A stretch of 64,000 bases of DNA from Candidatus Woesearchaeota archaeon (GTDB lineage Archaea > Nanobdellota > Nanobdellia > Woesearchaeales > GW2011-AR4): assembly GCA_016180235.1 (NCBI GenBank), contig JACPBQ010000004.1:34940-98939 (forward strand), given 5' to 3'. Each line of letters begins with the position of its first letter. Within the stretch, counting starts at the first letter, position 1. Shown one piece after another: positions 1 through 11,365 of this stretch. A program made the position numbers and the translations under genes. Below the pieces are notes generated by a model. That model had not been told where the DNA came from and searched no databases. It saw only the letters and a program-made list of their open reading frames with translations.

Positions 1-2253
1 TTCCTGCATCTGCTTGGCCCTTGCCGAGCTTAATGCGCCTCTCATGTCCTCATACGTCTTTTCTATTTCCTTGTCAACTGACGGGGGCACTTTTTCCATG
101 GCTTTCTCGAAATGCTTCAGAGCTATTTCCTTTGCATCCATGCTTTCCCTCAAAGCAAATATGGCTGCCTCCCTGCAGATAGCCTCTATGTCTGCCCCGA
201 CATAGCCTTCTGTTTTTTTCGCAAGTTCTTCAAGCTTTACATTCTTGAGGGGCATTCCTTTTGTATGGACCCTGAATATCTCCAACCTTGTCTTTTCCTC
301 GGGAACCGGAGTCAGAATAATGCGGTCGAACCTTCCCGGCCTCAGCAAGGCAGTATCAACAATATCCGGGCGATTGGTTGCTGCAATTATGACAACATCG
401 TGCATTTCCTCCAAGCCGTCTATTTCAGTAAGCATCTGGTTGACAACCCTTTCCGAAACATGGCTGTCGGAATTGGCGCCTCTTTTTGGAGCCAAGCTAT
501 CAAGCTCGTCAAAGAATATTATGCATGGGCTGACTTGTCTGGCTTTCTTGAAAACTTCCCTAACCGCTTTTTCGCTTTCCCCCACCCATTTGGACAATAA
601 TTCAGGGCCTTTGACAAGGATAAAATTCGCCTGGCTTTCATTCGCTACGGCTTTTGCCAGCAGGGTTTTTCCTGTACCAGGAGCGCCATAAAGCAAAATT
701 CCTTTTGGCGGCTTGACTCCCAAGCGCCTGAATGACTCTGGATGCTTCAATGGCCATTCAACAGCCTCTATAAGTTCCTGCTTTACCTCGTCCAAGCCCC
801 CTATGCTCTCCCATTTTACATTTGGCACCTCTACCAAGACCTCCCTTAATGCAGAAGGCCTTACCATCTTCAAGGCTTCCTTGAAATCTTTCTGGTTTAT
901 CCTTAACTTTTCAAGAATATCTTTTGGGATTGGCTGCTCTTCCTGCAGCCTTAGATCAGGCAAAATCCTCCTGAGGACAATCATGGCAGCCTCTTTTGCC
1001 AAAGAAGAAACATCAGCTCCTACAAAACCGTGGGTTATGGCTGCAAGCTCCTTAAGGTTAACATTTTTTGAAAGCGGCATATTCCTTGTATGAATTTTTA
1101 AAATGTTTAATCTTCCTTCTTTTCCAGGAACGCCAATCTCTATTTCCCTGTCGAACCTTCCCGGCCTTCTTAATGCAGAATCAAGTATGTTAGGGACATT
1201 GGTAGCGGCAATAACAACAACTTTTCCACGGCTTTGCAGCCCGTCCATCAAAGCAAGAAGCTGTGCTACGACTCTTCTTTCAACTTCTCCCCTCGTCTCT
1301 TCCCTTTTTGAGGCTATTGCATCTATCTCGTCAATAAAAACAATGGAAGGCGCGTTTTTCTGGGCCTCTTCAAACTTTTTACGAAGGTTCTCTTCAGACT
1401 GGCCATAATATTTGCTCATGATTTCAGGGCCATTAATCAGGATGAAATGAGAATTTGTCTCATTGGCAACAGCTTTTGCCAGAAGAGTCTTTCCTGTTCC
1501 CGGAGGGCCGTGCAATAAAACTCCTTTCGGGGCCTCTATTCCCAAACGCTCAAAAATCTCAGGGTGCTTCAGTGGCAGCTCCACCATCTCCCTTATCTTC
1601 TTTATCTCATCTTCAAGGCCGCCAATGTCCTCATAGGTGACTTCCGGCACTAATTCTTCCTTTACCTCCACAGCTTCAGGATTGAATACAACTTCAGTCT
1701 GCTCTGTGATGATAATCGGCTGCTTTGGATTTGTGTCTACAACAATAAATTTAATGTCTGAAAAACCGAATCCCATCATGCTCTCGTCAAGTATGTTAAA
1801 AACATCCTCAAAGAAAGGATTGTCCATGGTTGTTGACCTTCTCCTTCTGGTACCGCCAAGAGAGACTATGTCTCCTTTTGTCAAGGCCCTTCCAAGCAGT
1901 CCCTGCTTGAAGATTTCCGGGCTCGCACGGATAACAATGCCTTTTCTTGCGGGCGCGATTATGACTTTTTTCCCTTCCTTGACATTCGCTTTCCTTACCA
2001 GCACCATCTCCCCGATGCCAGTCTTGGAATTCTTTCTTATTATCCCATCCATCCTCACTATGTTCAATCCTATGTCTCCGGGATAAGCCCTGTCTGCTAT
2101 AGCCACAGTCTTTCTTTCCCCTTCCAGTTCCACGATGTCTCCGGGCCTTATGCCAACTTCGTTAAGGAAAGAACTATCTATGCGGACTATGCCCTTGTTT
2201 ACATCGTCCTGTATCGCTTCCGCAACCTTCAGCTTTATTTCTTTGTCTGGCAT
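1..2253 (-). CDS. cdc48: CDC48/VCP-like AAA+ ATPase (N-domain plus two AAA modules); C-terminus runs off the window start
   Basis: Reverse-strand translation from the ATG at 2253..2251 gives [13 protein letters not shown]..., then two Walker A motifs ([16 protein letters not shown]), two DExx/SRH regions, and no stop before position 1. It is absent from the ORF track only because it is truncated; the plus-strand ORFs at 112..2086 are antisense artefacts. Confidence 0.9.
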   Translation of the reverse strand, partial: MPDKEIKLKVAEAIQDDVNKGIVRIDSSFLNEVGIRPGDIVELEGERKTVAIADRAYPGDIGLNIVRMDGIIRKNSKTGIGEMVLVRKANVKEGKKVIIAPARKGIVIRASPEIFKQGLLGRALTKGDIVSLGGTRRRRSTTMDNPFFEDVFNILDESMMGFGFSDIKFIVVDTNPKQPIIITEQTEVVFNPEAVEVKEELVPEVTYEDIGGLEDEIKKIREMVELPLKHPEIFERLGIEAPKGVLLHGPPGTGKTLLAKAVANETNSHFILINGPEIMSKYYGQSEENLRKKFEEAQKNAPSIVFIDEIDAIASKREETRGEVERRVVAQLLALMDGLQSRGKVVVIAATNVPNILDSALRRPGRFDREIEIGVPGKEGRLNILKIHTRNMPLSKNVNLKELAAITHGFVGADVSSLAKEAAMIVLRRILPDLRLQEEQPIPKDILEKLRINQKDFKEALKMVRPSALREVLVEVPNVKWESIGGLDEVKQELIEAVEWPLKHPESFRRLGVKPPKGILLYGAPGTGKTLLAKAVANESQANFILVKGPELLSKWVGESEKAVREVFKKARQVSPCIIFFDELDSLAPKRGANSDSHVSERVVNQMLTEIDGLEEMHDVVIIAATNRPDIVDTALLRPGRFDRIILTPVPEEKTRLEIFRVHTKGMPLKNVKLEELAKKTEGYVGADIEAICREAAIFALRESMDAKEIALKHFEKAMEKVPPSVDKEIEKTYEDMRGALSSARAKQMQE

Positions 2254-2306
2254 TTTGCACTACCCAATAATGATGTTTGTTTTATAAAAGTTGTGGAAAT
2301 CAAGAA

Positions 2307-2726
2307 CTACGCCTTTTTCTGCTCAACCTGCACTTTCGGCAGCAGGATTGGAGGCGGCAAATTTACGTCCTGGCTCAGTATCAAAGCCTGAACATTAGAC
2401 CTGTTAAGGATTGTGTTCAAAATGCCGGTCATTATGTCCTTTGGAAGCTTTTTGTCTTTTTTCCAGTCATCCAGGATTTGCTTTACTTTTTTCGAGTCAT
2501 CCATATAAAGGACATCCCCAACAAGCTTTATTGAGCCCACTTTTGGCTCATATGTTGATGTAAATTCAAATGTGAAACGAAGAACTTTCTGCTTTTCATT
2601 GCCCAGGGAAAGGTCTTTCTCCCCAACATCGGTTACAGCGACATTGTTATTTATGTTTATCTTGCCTTTGCCGGCTTCCTTCTTTTCGGCTTCTATTTTT
2701 GTAAAATTGAATGAGACTATTGTCAT
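2307..2726 (-). CDS. hypothetical K-rich protein (139 aa)
   Basis: Intact ORF between cdc48 and the MscS gene; no recognisable motif. Confidence 0.35.
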   Translation of the reverse strand: MTIVSFNFTKIEAEKKEAGKGKININNNVAVTDVGEKDLSLGNEKQKVLRFTFEFTSTYEPKVGSIKLVGDVLYMDDSKKVKQILDDWKKDKKLPKDIMTGILNTILNRSNVQALILSQDVNLPPPILLPKVQVEQKKA

Positions 2727-2853
2727 TTCAACAAATGCTATTTGCTAATCATATATAAAGATTGCGAAAAATTCAAAGATTGTGTTATATAAAACACGCA
2801 TACTGTAAAAGCAAAATTTTAAATAGTTTTTAAATTATCCTGAATGCATCAAA

Positions 2854-3853
2854 ATGCCCTTGAACAACCTGAGTTTGAAGCAGTTTTTGGAGATGGACAT
2901 TGGAGGCAATCTTGGCAGTGATTATGCCGTATTTCTGGGAGTATTTATTGGGTTAATTACAGCGCTTAAACTGTTTGAATTGTATGCGATACGCCTTCTC
3001 AAGAAGCTCTCAAAAAAGACCAAAACAGAAATCGATGACATAGTTATTGAATTTATTGGAAAGATAAACTGGAGGTTGTACATATTCATATCGCTTTATG
3101 CCTCCTTAAAGACATTGGCTTTGCACCCGCTGGCAGACAAATTACTGAATTACGCAGTGATAATTATCTTGGTTTATTATGGCGTAAGATTTGCCGGCAT
3201 AGTTATAGACTATTACACAGGCAGGCAGGTAAAAAGGACGCTGGCAGAAGATGAAAATGAGGACACTACCTTGGTGTCTGTGCTTGGCAGGATGGCCAAG
3301 GCCATCGTATGGATAGTTGCATTCCTACTCCTTCTTTCCAATTTTGGAGTTAACATAACTTCGTTAATTGCAGGGCTTGGCATTGGAGGCATTGCAATCG
3401 CATTTGCGCTGCAGAACATACTGCAGGACCTGTTTGCATCTTTTACAATTTACTTTGACAAGCCCTTCAAGAAAGGTGATTTTATAATAATAGGGCAGGA
3501 CATGGGCACCATAAAATATATAGGCTTAAAGAGCACTAGGATACAGACTTTGCAGGGCCAGGAGCTTATAGTTTCCAACAAGGAGCTTACCACCGCCAGA
3601 ATCAACAACTACAAGAGGATGGAAAAGCGCAGGATAATTCAAGAAAATAAAGCTTGCAGACCTTGACAGGGTGCATTTCAAGGAATTCGGGAATTTCAGC
3701 CTGAACTACGAAGTTGTTTATTATCTAAACTCCAGCGACTACAACAAGTACATGGACACGCAGCAGGAGATTAACTTTGCAGTCAAAAGGGAATTCGAGA
3801 AGCTTGGAATTGCAATGGCATTCCCTACTCAGGTAGTCTACGTCAAGAAATGA
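2854..3853 (+). pseudogene. mscS: MscS-family mechanosensitive channel, disrupted (premature stop at 3664-3666, a frame change, and a missing conserved block)
   Basis: The 270-aa ORF has the MscS TM3/beta-domain region (GLGIGGIAIAFALQNILQDLFASF...). The conserved C-terminal part (DRVHFKEFGNFSLNYEVVYY...AFPTQVVYV) continues in another frame from about 3638, and roughly 40-50 codons expected between the two parts are absent. Confidence 0.55.
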
Positions 3854-4168
3854 GCTTAAAATAGCAGTAGCCGACACCGATAAGCTGCTCGGGGAAGCCT
3901 CATTTCAGAACTTCCTGCTGTTTATTTTTGTAGTTATACTTTCTGCAATTTTGGGCAATATTCTGAGGATTTTGATAGCCAGATGCAACTATCTTCCCAA
4001 CAAATTTGCCCCATAAAGCTTGAAGGAGCGATGCCATTTTATGAAAAAAGGGTGATTAGTCCTTATTTAAAACTTATAATTCTGATAACACAGATTCCGA
4101 TAACATCCCAAAATTTAAATATTAGTTGTCACAAGTTAATAGGAATAGAGTAATAAAGAGGTGATTGC

Positions 4169-4384
4169 GTGCCAACCAAACTAGAGTATAAGATTACAGG
4201 GCTGGTTGTCCTGGCTGTAGGGGCATTATTTTTTCTAAGGGATCTAGGAGTCAATTACATAGGGGATACAAGCGGCTGGACAATAATAATCGTGCTTGTC
4301 GGAGCGGGATTGCTGGCAGGAGATTTTGAATTGAACAGGATCAGGAACCAGAAAGCTTCAGCCAAAGAGCTCAAGAAAAAATAA
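4169..4384 (+). CDS. small membrane protein (GTG start)
   Basis: Two hydrophobic helices, and GAGGTGA upstream of the GTG. Confidence 0.35.
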   Translation: MPTKLEYKITGLVVLAVGALFFLRDLGVNYIGDTSGWTIIIVLVGAGLLAGDFELNRIRNQKASAKELKKK

Positions 4385-4385
4385 T

Positions 4386-6143
4386 TTATTTCTTTTTCTG
4401 CCCGTTGTAAAAAGACTCCATCATCTTTAAGGTAGATATATCTTCCGGACCACGATCTTCGCGGAGACCAATAACGCGGGGAAAGCGGAGCGCATAACCG
4501 CTGCTATATGTGGGACTTTTCTGTATTTCCTCATAGCCAACTTCTATGACAATTTTGGGCTTAATCGTAACTTCCTTGCCCTCTTCCCTTGCTATCAACG
4601 GCTTAATAAGGTCTGTCATTTCCGCAAAGCTAAGGCCTTCTTCCCTCTTCTCCTTAAGGCCGGTGCTTGCCTTGCCAACTTCAAGGAAGTTTCCCTTATT
4701 GTCAATGCAAGCAAGAGTATAGCTGCTGAGCCACTTTGACCTCTTTCCCTCGCCCCATTCTGCCTTTACTATCACCAAATCGAGGTTTTCCTTTGTGGGC
4801 TTTAATTTCACCATAAATCCCACCCTGGCCCCGGGCTTGTAAGGCGCATCAAGCTTTTTTATCATAAGGCCCTCATTGCCGGAGCTTATTGCTTCCCTGT
4901 AGAATTTTTCCACTTCATTTTTATCCGAGGTAGTTATGCTCTTTGCCAGGATTATCTTTTTCGGGGTATTTTTTATTATTTTTCTGAGTATATCTTTCCT
5001 TTCTTCAAAAGGCCTGCCGATAATGCTTTTTCCCCTGAAGTTTATTATGTCAAAGACATTCACTTCTACCGGCATCTCTTCCGACATTTTCTCTATGCCG
5101 TACTTCCTCTTTATTCTCTGGGATATGCTCTGGAAAGGCAGGTATTTTCCGGTTTTTTTGTTATAGCCCACTGCCTCAGAATCAAGAACAACTTTGCTTT
5201 CTTTGACATATTTTTCCACAGATTCAACAACCTCCGGGAACTGCGCCGTAATGTTTTCCAATCTTCTTGTGAATATTCTTATGTCATTGTCATTTTTGTG
5301 TATCTGCATCCTCATGCCATCGTACTTGAACTCAAACTCTGCAGGCTTCCCGCATCTTTCAAAGCCTTCGTCTATGCCGTCTACTTTCAAAGCAAGCATT
5401 ACTTTTAATGGAACTCCAATTTGCATCTCCATCTCTTCAAGGCCCCTTAATCCATGCTTTTTTGCGGTTTCTGCCACGGGAGCGAAGTCATTTGCTATGT
5501 TATATGCTTCCTGGACAGCATCAGCATATTCATTGTATCTTTCCCTGTCCTCAATCAGGACCTTATGCTCCTCTTTGAAGTATTTTACCTTAAGCTTATC
5601 GCCAAAAAACGCCCAGATTATAGCATCCCTTATGGTGCCTTCCCCGACACCTATGCGCATATCATTTAAGATTGTCCTTACTAGGTATTTAGCCTCATCC
5701 GGCTTTGCTGATGTAAGAAGCTCTGCAACAAGAGATATTTTTTTGTCCACAGAGCCAATTCCCCCTATAGCCGCAAGCTCCATGAGGTTTTTCAGGACTT
5801 TTTTTACAGTAAGGTCATGCGAGCCCAAAGTGGACTGCTTTTTCTTTTTTATCAGGTTATAGGAAACTGTCCCCAAATCACCTGTTTTCTTCCATTCAGA
5901 GTTTATTTTGCTTATCGGCTCCCCTGATGCAACGCTTATTGCCTTAAGCATTGTCTTGGCTGCTATCCCTACCTCTCGTTCATCCCACCGGGGAAAGATG
6001 CGGCCTTCCAGCAAAAGGATAGTGGTGCCTAAATCCTCAGCATCAACTTCTTTGAGAAATTTGGATAGGATATCAGTCTGCACAAGCCTCTTTGTTGTAG
6101 CATCAAGCTTCTCATAGATTTCAACAAGCCTTGAATAGTGCAT
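4386..6143 (-). CDS. lig: ATP-dependent DNA ligase
   Basis: 585 aa with the adenylation motif KYDGMR and an archaeal-type N-terminus (MHYSRLVEIYEKLDATTKRL). Confidence 0.9.
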   Translation of the reverse strand: MHYSRLVEIYEKLDATTKRLVQTDILSKFLKEVDAEDLGTTILLLEGRIFPRWDEREVGIAAKTMLKAISVASGEPISKINSEWKKTGDLGTVSYNLIKKKKQSTLGSHDLTVKKVLKNLMELAAIGGIGSVDKKISLVAELLTSAKPDEAKYLVRTILNDMRIGVGEGTIRDAIIWAFFGDKLKVKYFKEEHKVLIEDRERYNEYADAVQEAYNIANDFAPVAETAKKHGLRGLEEMEMQIGVPLKVMLALKVDGIDEGFERCGKPAEFEFKYDGMRMQIHKNDNDIRIFTRRLENITAQFPEVVESVEKYVKESKVVLDSEAVGYNKKTGKYLPFQSISQRIKRKYGIEKMSEEMPVEVNVFDIINFRGKSIIGRPFEERKDILRKIIKNTPKKIILAKSITTSDKNEVEKFYREAISSGNEGLMIKKLDAPYKPGARVGFMVKLKPTKENLDLVIVKAEWGEGKRSKWLSSYTLACIDNKGNFLEVGKASTGLKEKREEGLSFAEMTDLIKPLIAREEGKEVTIKPKIVIEVGYEEIQKSPTYSSGYALRFPRVIGLREDRGPEDISTLKMMESFYNGQKKK

Positions 6144-6174
6144 AGAAAATTATAATAGCAGGAAGTTTAAAAAT

Positions 6175-8796
6175 ATGTCGATACAAGGATGCAAGGGAAG
6201 TATTTATAAATCAGGAAAAACTATACAAAGACATGCGCCAATGAAAAAAACAGCAAAAGAAAAACCGGAAAAAAGCATCAAAAATTTCATAAGGAGAAAC
6301 AAGAAAACAGCAATAGCCATAGCTGCGGCTTTTTTGCTGATCCTGTCATTTTCCGGGTACAGGGCATGGTTAAATTTCCATTTTCTCACGACTGACGACC
6401 TTGTGCTGAATCTGGAGCCCGGGGACAAATCCCTTTCGATACACTATGGGGAAACGCCGAATGTGACTGTGAGCTTGGATATAGAGAACAGCTTCATGTG
6501 CAATGCGCTGTGCAGCTATGAGTTCAGGGATATCTCAAATGACATTGTGATAGACAAGGGGACATTCACAAGCAAGGGCATAGGCAAGAAATTCGATAAT
6601 CAGCTTGCCTTGTCTGCAGACCGTGCCGGAAGCGGCCAGAAGATATACACATTTGATGTCAAGTGCAACAATATAAGGACTTTCTATTGCCCGACAAACG
6701 AAGAAAAGAGGAAAAGATCGATTTTCATAACCCTAAACTATGATATCTCAGAATATGAGAAATTCCTTAAAGAGGCCCTCAAAGGCAGCATAACAAAAAT
6801 AGCTGAGGATTTAAACAAAATAGATATTGAGATACAGCAGCTGAACAACAGGTTCTTTGAGCTTGGGTTTAAGATTAACCTGAATGAGATAGAAGATGAC
6901 AAGGAAATATTAAATAACAACCATGATGCCACGGTCATTGAGCTCAAAAACATTGAGAGAATATGGCCGGAAGAGAATTATGTCATGATTTCAGAGCTTT
7001 TCAACAGAAGCTATGAAGAGAGGCTGCTCAATATTACAATGAGGATAAATGACATAGGAAACAGCATAAGCAGCATAATAAAAAGGCATAATTCCCTTGT
7101 GGATGCTGCCAACAATGCTGACGATGAATTAAGAAAATTAAATGACACCATTATTTTCCTGAACAGGGCAGACAAAAAGATGCTGGATCAGCACAAGCAG
7201 CTGCTGAACAGGACAAGCGCATTAAAAATTAAAATCAAGGAAAACAGCTTCCCGGGCTATGATTTTCTTGAGAATGAGAGCAGCAGCATAGTGCAGTCAA
7301 TGAAAGAATTCAGGGAAAAATCAAAAAATTTCTTTTCAGAGGTTTACCTTAAAGGGACATATTATGCCAGCATTGAGAAAGAAAAGCTTTGCGCCATCAA
7401 GGGGAACTGCAAGGATAAAACGGATTTTTCTGCGGCAATAATGAATTCCTTAGGCATTGACGATAATAAGCTAATCAGCATTTGCACATCCCTTGCCACG
7501 ATAAAAGAGAATTATAATGCTGAAAACAATAAATCCGATGCATTGCTTGATAATTATAATTTTGATGAGATTAAAGGCATACTGAATGATACTATAAGAG
7601 CAAAAACCATGATTGCGGGAAAAAATGTTTTTAACCAGGTAAATGGAATAAATGCGAGCAGTGAGCTGAATAACTCGCTGAATATACTGCTAAGCATAAG
7701 CAGGATTAATTTTACGGATGAAGATAGAGATTACGGCAATTTTACAGAAAGCGAAATACTTTCACTGATAAAAATGAATTTTTCAGAGGATTCGGAACTG
7801 TACTTTGGCAATAATTGCGCCCAGCCAAATGAGATGAATATTTCACAATATTACGGAGAGGAAATAAAGATTGATAAAGCAATAGATACGGAAGCAAAAA
7901 ACTTCACATCGAGGGCTGAAATAAAGCTTACGGAAAACTATCCTGTCTGCTGCGTCTTCGGAGAGTGCAAGAGATGCTGCACAAGCGATGAATGCAGGAA
8001 TGATGAGTCATTGTATCCTGTATTGTTCCTGCACGGGCATGCCCTGAACAGCGACAACAGCCCAGAGTACTCGCTGGATGCGTTCAACAAGATACAGGCC
8101 AAGCTGCAGGAAGACGGCTACATAAGCGCAGGAACCATAACACCGGTTTCAGATTATTCTGAGGTAAAAGAAGGTGAATGGGGGCTTTCGTCAAGGCCTT
8201 TAAGCGTTAAGGGAAGCTATTACCTTGTCAGCTACTATAACCTCGGCAGCTATGCCCTGACAACCCAAAAAAGCGAGAATATCGAAACTTATGCGATAAG
8301 GCTGAAGGAGCTCATTGACCTGCTTAAGTTCAGGACCGGAAAAGACAAAGTAATTATTGTAGCACATAGCATGGGCAGCCTTGTATCAAGGTCTTACCTG
8401 CAGATTTTCGGAGACGAAGATGTTGATAAATTAATCATGATTGCTGCCCCAAACAAAGGAATTTCAGGGAGCGTAAGCAACTACTGCCCGGTTTTAGGAG
8501 AGAAAAAAGAATGCCAGGACATGAATGAAGGCAGCATTTTCATGAAAAAGCTCAATGACCCGAATAAGATTCCGGGCAGCGCAAAAATCTACAACATAAT
8601 AGGGACTGGATGCAGCATGGACGGCACAACGGGAGATGGCATAGTCACAAGAGAGAATGCAGAGCTTGGCTATGCTGAGAATTTTTATGTCAATGGAACG
8701 TGCGAAGGAATTTCGGGAGTGATGCATACGCAAATACTGAATATTGACCAGTATCCCGAGGTTTATGAGGCTATCGGCTCTGTGCTGAGAAAATAA
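6175..8796 (+). CDS. membrane-anchored Cys-rich protein with a coiled-coil region and a C-terminal alpha/beta-hydrolase (lipase/PGAP1-like) domain
   Basis: N-terminal TM helix, Cys clusters (CCVFGECKRCCTSDEC), and a C-terminal VLFLHGHALNS...AHSMGSLVSR nucleophile elbow (GxSxG). Confidence 0.6.
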   Translation: MSIQGCKGSIYKSGKTIQRHAPMKKTAKEKPEKSIKNFIRRNKKTAIAIAAAFLLILSFSGYRAWLNFHFLTTDDLVLNLEPGDKSLSIHYGETPNVTVSLDIENSFMCNALCSYEFRDISNDIVIDKGTFTSKGIGKKFDNQLALSADRAGSGQKIYTFDVKCNNIRTFYCPTNEEKRKRSIFITLNYDISEYEKFLKEALKGSITKIAEDLNKIDIEIQQLNNRFFELGFKINLNEIEDDKEILNNNHDATVIELKNIERIWPEENYVMISELFNRSYEERLLNITMRINDIGNSISSIIKRHNSLVDAANNADDELRKLNDTIIFLNRADKKMLDQHKQLLNRTSALKIKIKENSFPGYDFLENESSSIVQSMKEFREKSKNFFSEVYLKGTYYASIEKEKLCAIKGNCKDKTDFSAAIMNSLGIDDNKLISICTSLATIKENYNAENNKSDALLDNYNFDEIKGILNDTIRAKTMIAGKNVFNQVNGINASSELNNSLNILLSISRINFTDEDRDYGNFTESEILSLIKMNFSEDSELYFGNNCAQPNEMNISQYYGEEIKIDKAIDTEAKNFTSRAEIKLTENYPVCCVFGECKRCCTSDECRNDESLYPVLFLHGHALNSDNSPEYSLDAFNKIQAKLQEDGYISAGTITPVSDYSEVKEGEWGLSSRPLSVKGSYYLVSYYNLGSYALTTQKSENIETYAIRLKELIDLLKFRTGKDKVIIVAHSMGSLVSRSYLQIFGDEDVDKLIMIAAPNKGISGSVSNYCPVLGEKKECQDMNEGSIFMKKLNDPNKIPGSAKIYNIIGTGCSMDGTTGDGIVTRENAELGYAENFYVNGTCEGISGVMHTQILNIDQYPEVYEAIGSVLRK

Positions 8797-8842
8797 GGGG
8801 CAAAACAATAAATTTATTAATTATCAACCAAAGGAATAGCAT

Positions 8843-9505
8843 ATGGATGTCTTTGAGGCCATAAGGACCAGGAGAAGCATAAGGAAGTACAAGGACAAGC
8901 AGGTTCCATGGGATAATGTTGTCACTATACTGCAAGCCGGAAAATATGCCCCTTCTGCCGGAAATCTGCAGAACTGGAAGTTCATTATCGTAAAAAACGA
9001 TGCAAAAAGGAAGGCAATCACAAAGGCATGCCTGCAGCAGGAATGGATGGAACAGGCACCTGTTTTCATCGTAGTTCTTGCCGAGCCGAAGAAAGCAGAA
9101 AGATTCTATGGCATAAGAGGATCAAGACTGTATACTTTGCAGGCATGCGCTGCCGCAATAGAGAACATGCTGCTGACTGCGCACAGCCTTGGATTGGGCA
9201 GCTGCTGGGTCGGAGCGTTTGACGAGCACGAAATATGGGCCATTTTAGGCCTGCCTGAGGAGATATCCGTGCAGGGAATCGTTACAATAGGATATGCAGA
9301 TGAAATTCCGCAAGCACCCCCGAAATTCAGGATAGAGCATGTGATGTTCTTTGAAAAATGGTGGGGCAGAATAGAATCCCCTAAAAGCCATCTCGGCTAC
9401 TGGAGCGCCTTCAACATGAAAACAGTCAATGAAGGAAAGAAATTAGCCAAGAAGATCCATAAGAAAGTCAAGGAGAATATCAATAAGAGACTAGCGAAGA
9501 AATAA
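8843..9505 (+). CDS. nitroreductase-family flavoprotein
   Basis: N-terminus AIRTRRSIRKY...PSAGNLQNW typical of the nitroreductase fold. Confidence 0.75.
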   Translation: MDVFEAIRTRRSIRKYKDKQVPWDNVVTILQAGKYAPSAGNLQNWKFIIVKNDAKRKAITKACLQQEWMEQAPVFIVVLAEPKKAERFYGIRGSRLYTLQACAAAIENMLLTAHSLGLGSCWVGAFDEHEIWAILGLPEEISVQGIVTIGYADEIPQAPPKFRIEHVMFFEKWWGRIESPKSHLGYWSAFNMKTVNEGKKLAKKIHKKVKENINKRLAKK

Positions 9506-9664
9506 ATTACTTTTTCTGCCTTAATTTAAAAAAAATAAAGAATCCCTCTTGCGAGGGACCAAATGCCTTCACACTTTAAAACGTTGGGGGTGGTTTTTTC
9601 AGCAATGAAGGCATAGAAAACTTACACCTGTTAAGGTGTCACCACAAAGACTAAAGGGTGAATG

Positions 9665-10789
9665 TCAGCTGTCTATGATTTCTATGCCCAGCTCTTCGCT
9701 TATCTGCGCTACCTCCGCACTTGTCTCCAATGCGCGCTGCTTTCCAAGTATCCATGGGCTTTTTACTCCGGTTACAATAGTCATCACTGTAAGCCTTCCG
9801 GCCATGTTATTATCTACGCGGGCTCCCCAGATTACATTTGCATCCGTATCGAGGCTTTCCGTAACAAGCTCTCCAACCTGGTTTATATCATCAAGAGTCA
9901 TGTCAGGGCCGCCAATGACATGTATCAAAGCGCCTGTCGCGCCCTTATAATTGATGTCCAGCAAAGGGTTCTGCAAAGCTCCCCTGACCGCTTCCTCTAC
10001 CCTGTTGGTCGTGTCGCTTGCGCCGACACCGATAGCTGCTACGCCGCCATTTGTCATTATTGCCTTTACATCGGCATAATCCAAATTCACCAAGCTCGGG
10101 ACAGCTATAGTTTCCACAATGCCTTTTATCATTGTTGCTACAAGCTCGTTGGCCACTGCAAATGCCTGCCCTATCGGCAAATTGCCAGCTATCTTTACAA
10201 GCCTGTTGTTATCGATGACAATGACTGTATCAGATACTTGCCTTAACTGCTGCAATCCGAATTCTGCCTTATCGACTCTTGCCCTTTCAATCTTGAACGG
10301 CATTGTCACGGTTCCTATGACAATTGCTCCTGTTGATTTTGCAACCTGCGCAACCACAGGAGCTCCTCCTGTTCCTGTGCCTCCGCCCATTCCCGCACAT
10401 ACAAATACCATGTCTGATCCTTTAAGGCACTCCTTTATTTCCTGCAAGGATTCTTTTGCAGCGTCTGCGCCTTTTTCAGGAAAGCCGCCGCAGCCCAGGC
10501 CTTTTGTTATAGTTTTGCCTGTAAGAAATTTCCTGTCCGCATTTATCATATCCAAATGCTGCTTGTCTGTGTTGCATGCTAAAATCTCAGCGCCTTTGAT
10601 TCCTTTGTTGTAGAGCCAGCCTACCATATTGTTTCCAGCTCCTCCAACCCCGATGACTTTTATGTTTGCCTGCCCTACTTCCAACCCATATGTTTCTTTA
10701 TTCTGCTCACTAGCCCTGATAGCGTTTTCCACCAAAAATTCCATTTTTTCACCCCTAAGTTGTGGTTTTTGAAATATATTTCCCAACAT
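9665..10789 (-). CDS. ftsZ: cell division GTPase FtsZ
   Basis: GVGGAGNNMV and the GGGTGTGGAP tubulin signature. Confidence 0.9.
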   Translation of the reverse strand: MLGNIFQKPQLRGEKMEFLVENAIRASEQNKETYGLEVGQANIKVIGVGGAGNNMVGWLYNKGIKGAEILACNTDKQHLDMINADRKFLTGKTITKGLGCGGFPEKGADAAKESLQEIKECLKGSDMVFVCAGMGGGTGTGGAPVVAQVAKSTGAIVIGTVTMPFKIERARVDKAEFGLQQLRQVSDTVIVIDNNRLVKIAGNLPIGQAFAVANELVATMIKGIVETIAVPSLVNLDYADVKAIMTNGGVAAIGVGASDTTNRVEEAVRGALQNPLLDINYKGATGALIHVIGGPDMTLDDINQVGELVTESLDTDANVIWGARVDNNMAGRLTVMTIVTGVKSPWILGKQRALETSAEVAQISEELGIEIIDS

Positions 10790-11136
10790 AAATAATAGAG
10801 TACCAAAATATTTATATTGGAATTGTTATATTCCCACTTCTAGAAAAAAGTTATTTGCGCCAACGAATAGCTTTTTTATAAAGATTTACATACTAAAAAA
10901 GGTTTTTACACCAAAAATACGCCAAACAAGCACGCTTTTCGCCAAAAAAGCTGCTTAAATTGAGCTTTTCGCCAAAAAAGACTCAATTAGGTTTTTCTTA
11001 ATTTATATTTAAACGTTAAAAGTCATATATAAATATTTCTGGGATGGAAAATATAGGTTTTAGTATAGTGGTTTGGATTGCCCTAAAAATCAAAACGATA
11101 GGTTTTTATATTTACTTTCCTGTTTTAGAGAATACA

Positions 11137-11364
11137 ATGGCAGAATTAGACTTTCAAAAACAAGTTTTAGGGACACTTACTGAAATGAAAAGAAGCATAG
11201 AAACCCTTAGAAAAGATGTTGATTATTTGGCAGGCTATATTGAGGACACTAAATTGACACAAGAAGAAAGAAAGCGGCTTGATGAAAGCATTGCAAAAGT
11301 AGGAGCAGGAGATACTTCTGATTTTGTTTCCTGGAAAGAGGCCAAAAAAGAGCTTGGCATCTAA
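11137..11364 (+). CDS. putative antitoxin partnering the RelE/ParE-like toxin
   Basis: Small helical ORF ending ...SWKEAKKELGI; its stop lies 1 nt before the toxin ATG. The start is chosen at the internal MAELDF. Confidence 0.45.
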   Translation: MAELDFQKQVLGTLTEMKRSIETLRKDVDYLAGYIEDTKLTQEERKRLDESIAKVGAGDTSDFVSWKEAKKELGI

Positions 11365-11365
11365 A

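Noticed and set aside
112-2086. Series of plus-strand ORFs (112..600, 245..691, 713..1093, 1103..1408, 1637..2086)
   Set aside because: All are antisense to one continuous minus-strand CDC48 reading frame with two Walker A motifs; their translations are low-complexity (S/L/F-rich) with no motifs.
2307-2726. Tentative SecB-like resemblance of the 139-aa K-rich protein
   Set aside because: Only a vague hydrophobic-pattern similarity; not supportable without a profile search.
9636-10613. Plus-strand ORFs overlapping ftsZ (9636..9950, 9662..10246, 10119..10613)
   Set aside because: Antisense to a motif-rich FtsZ ORF; no recognisable domains.
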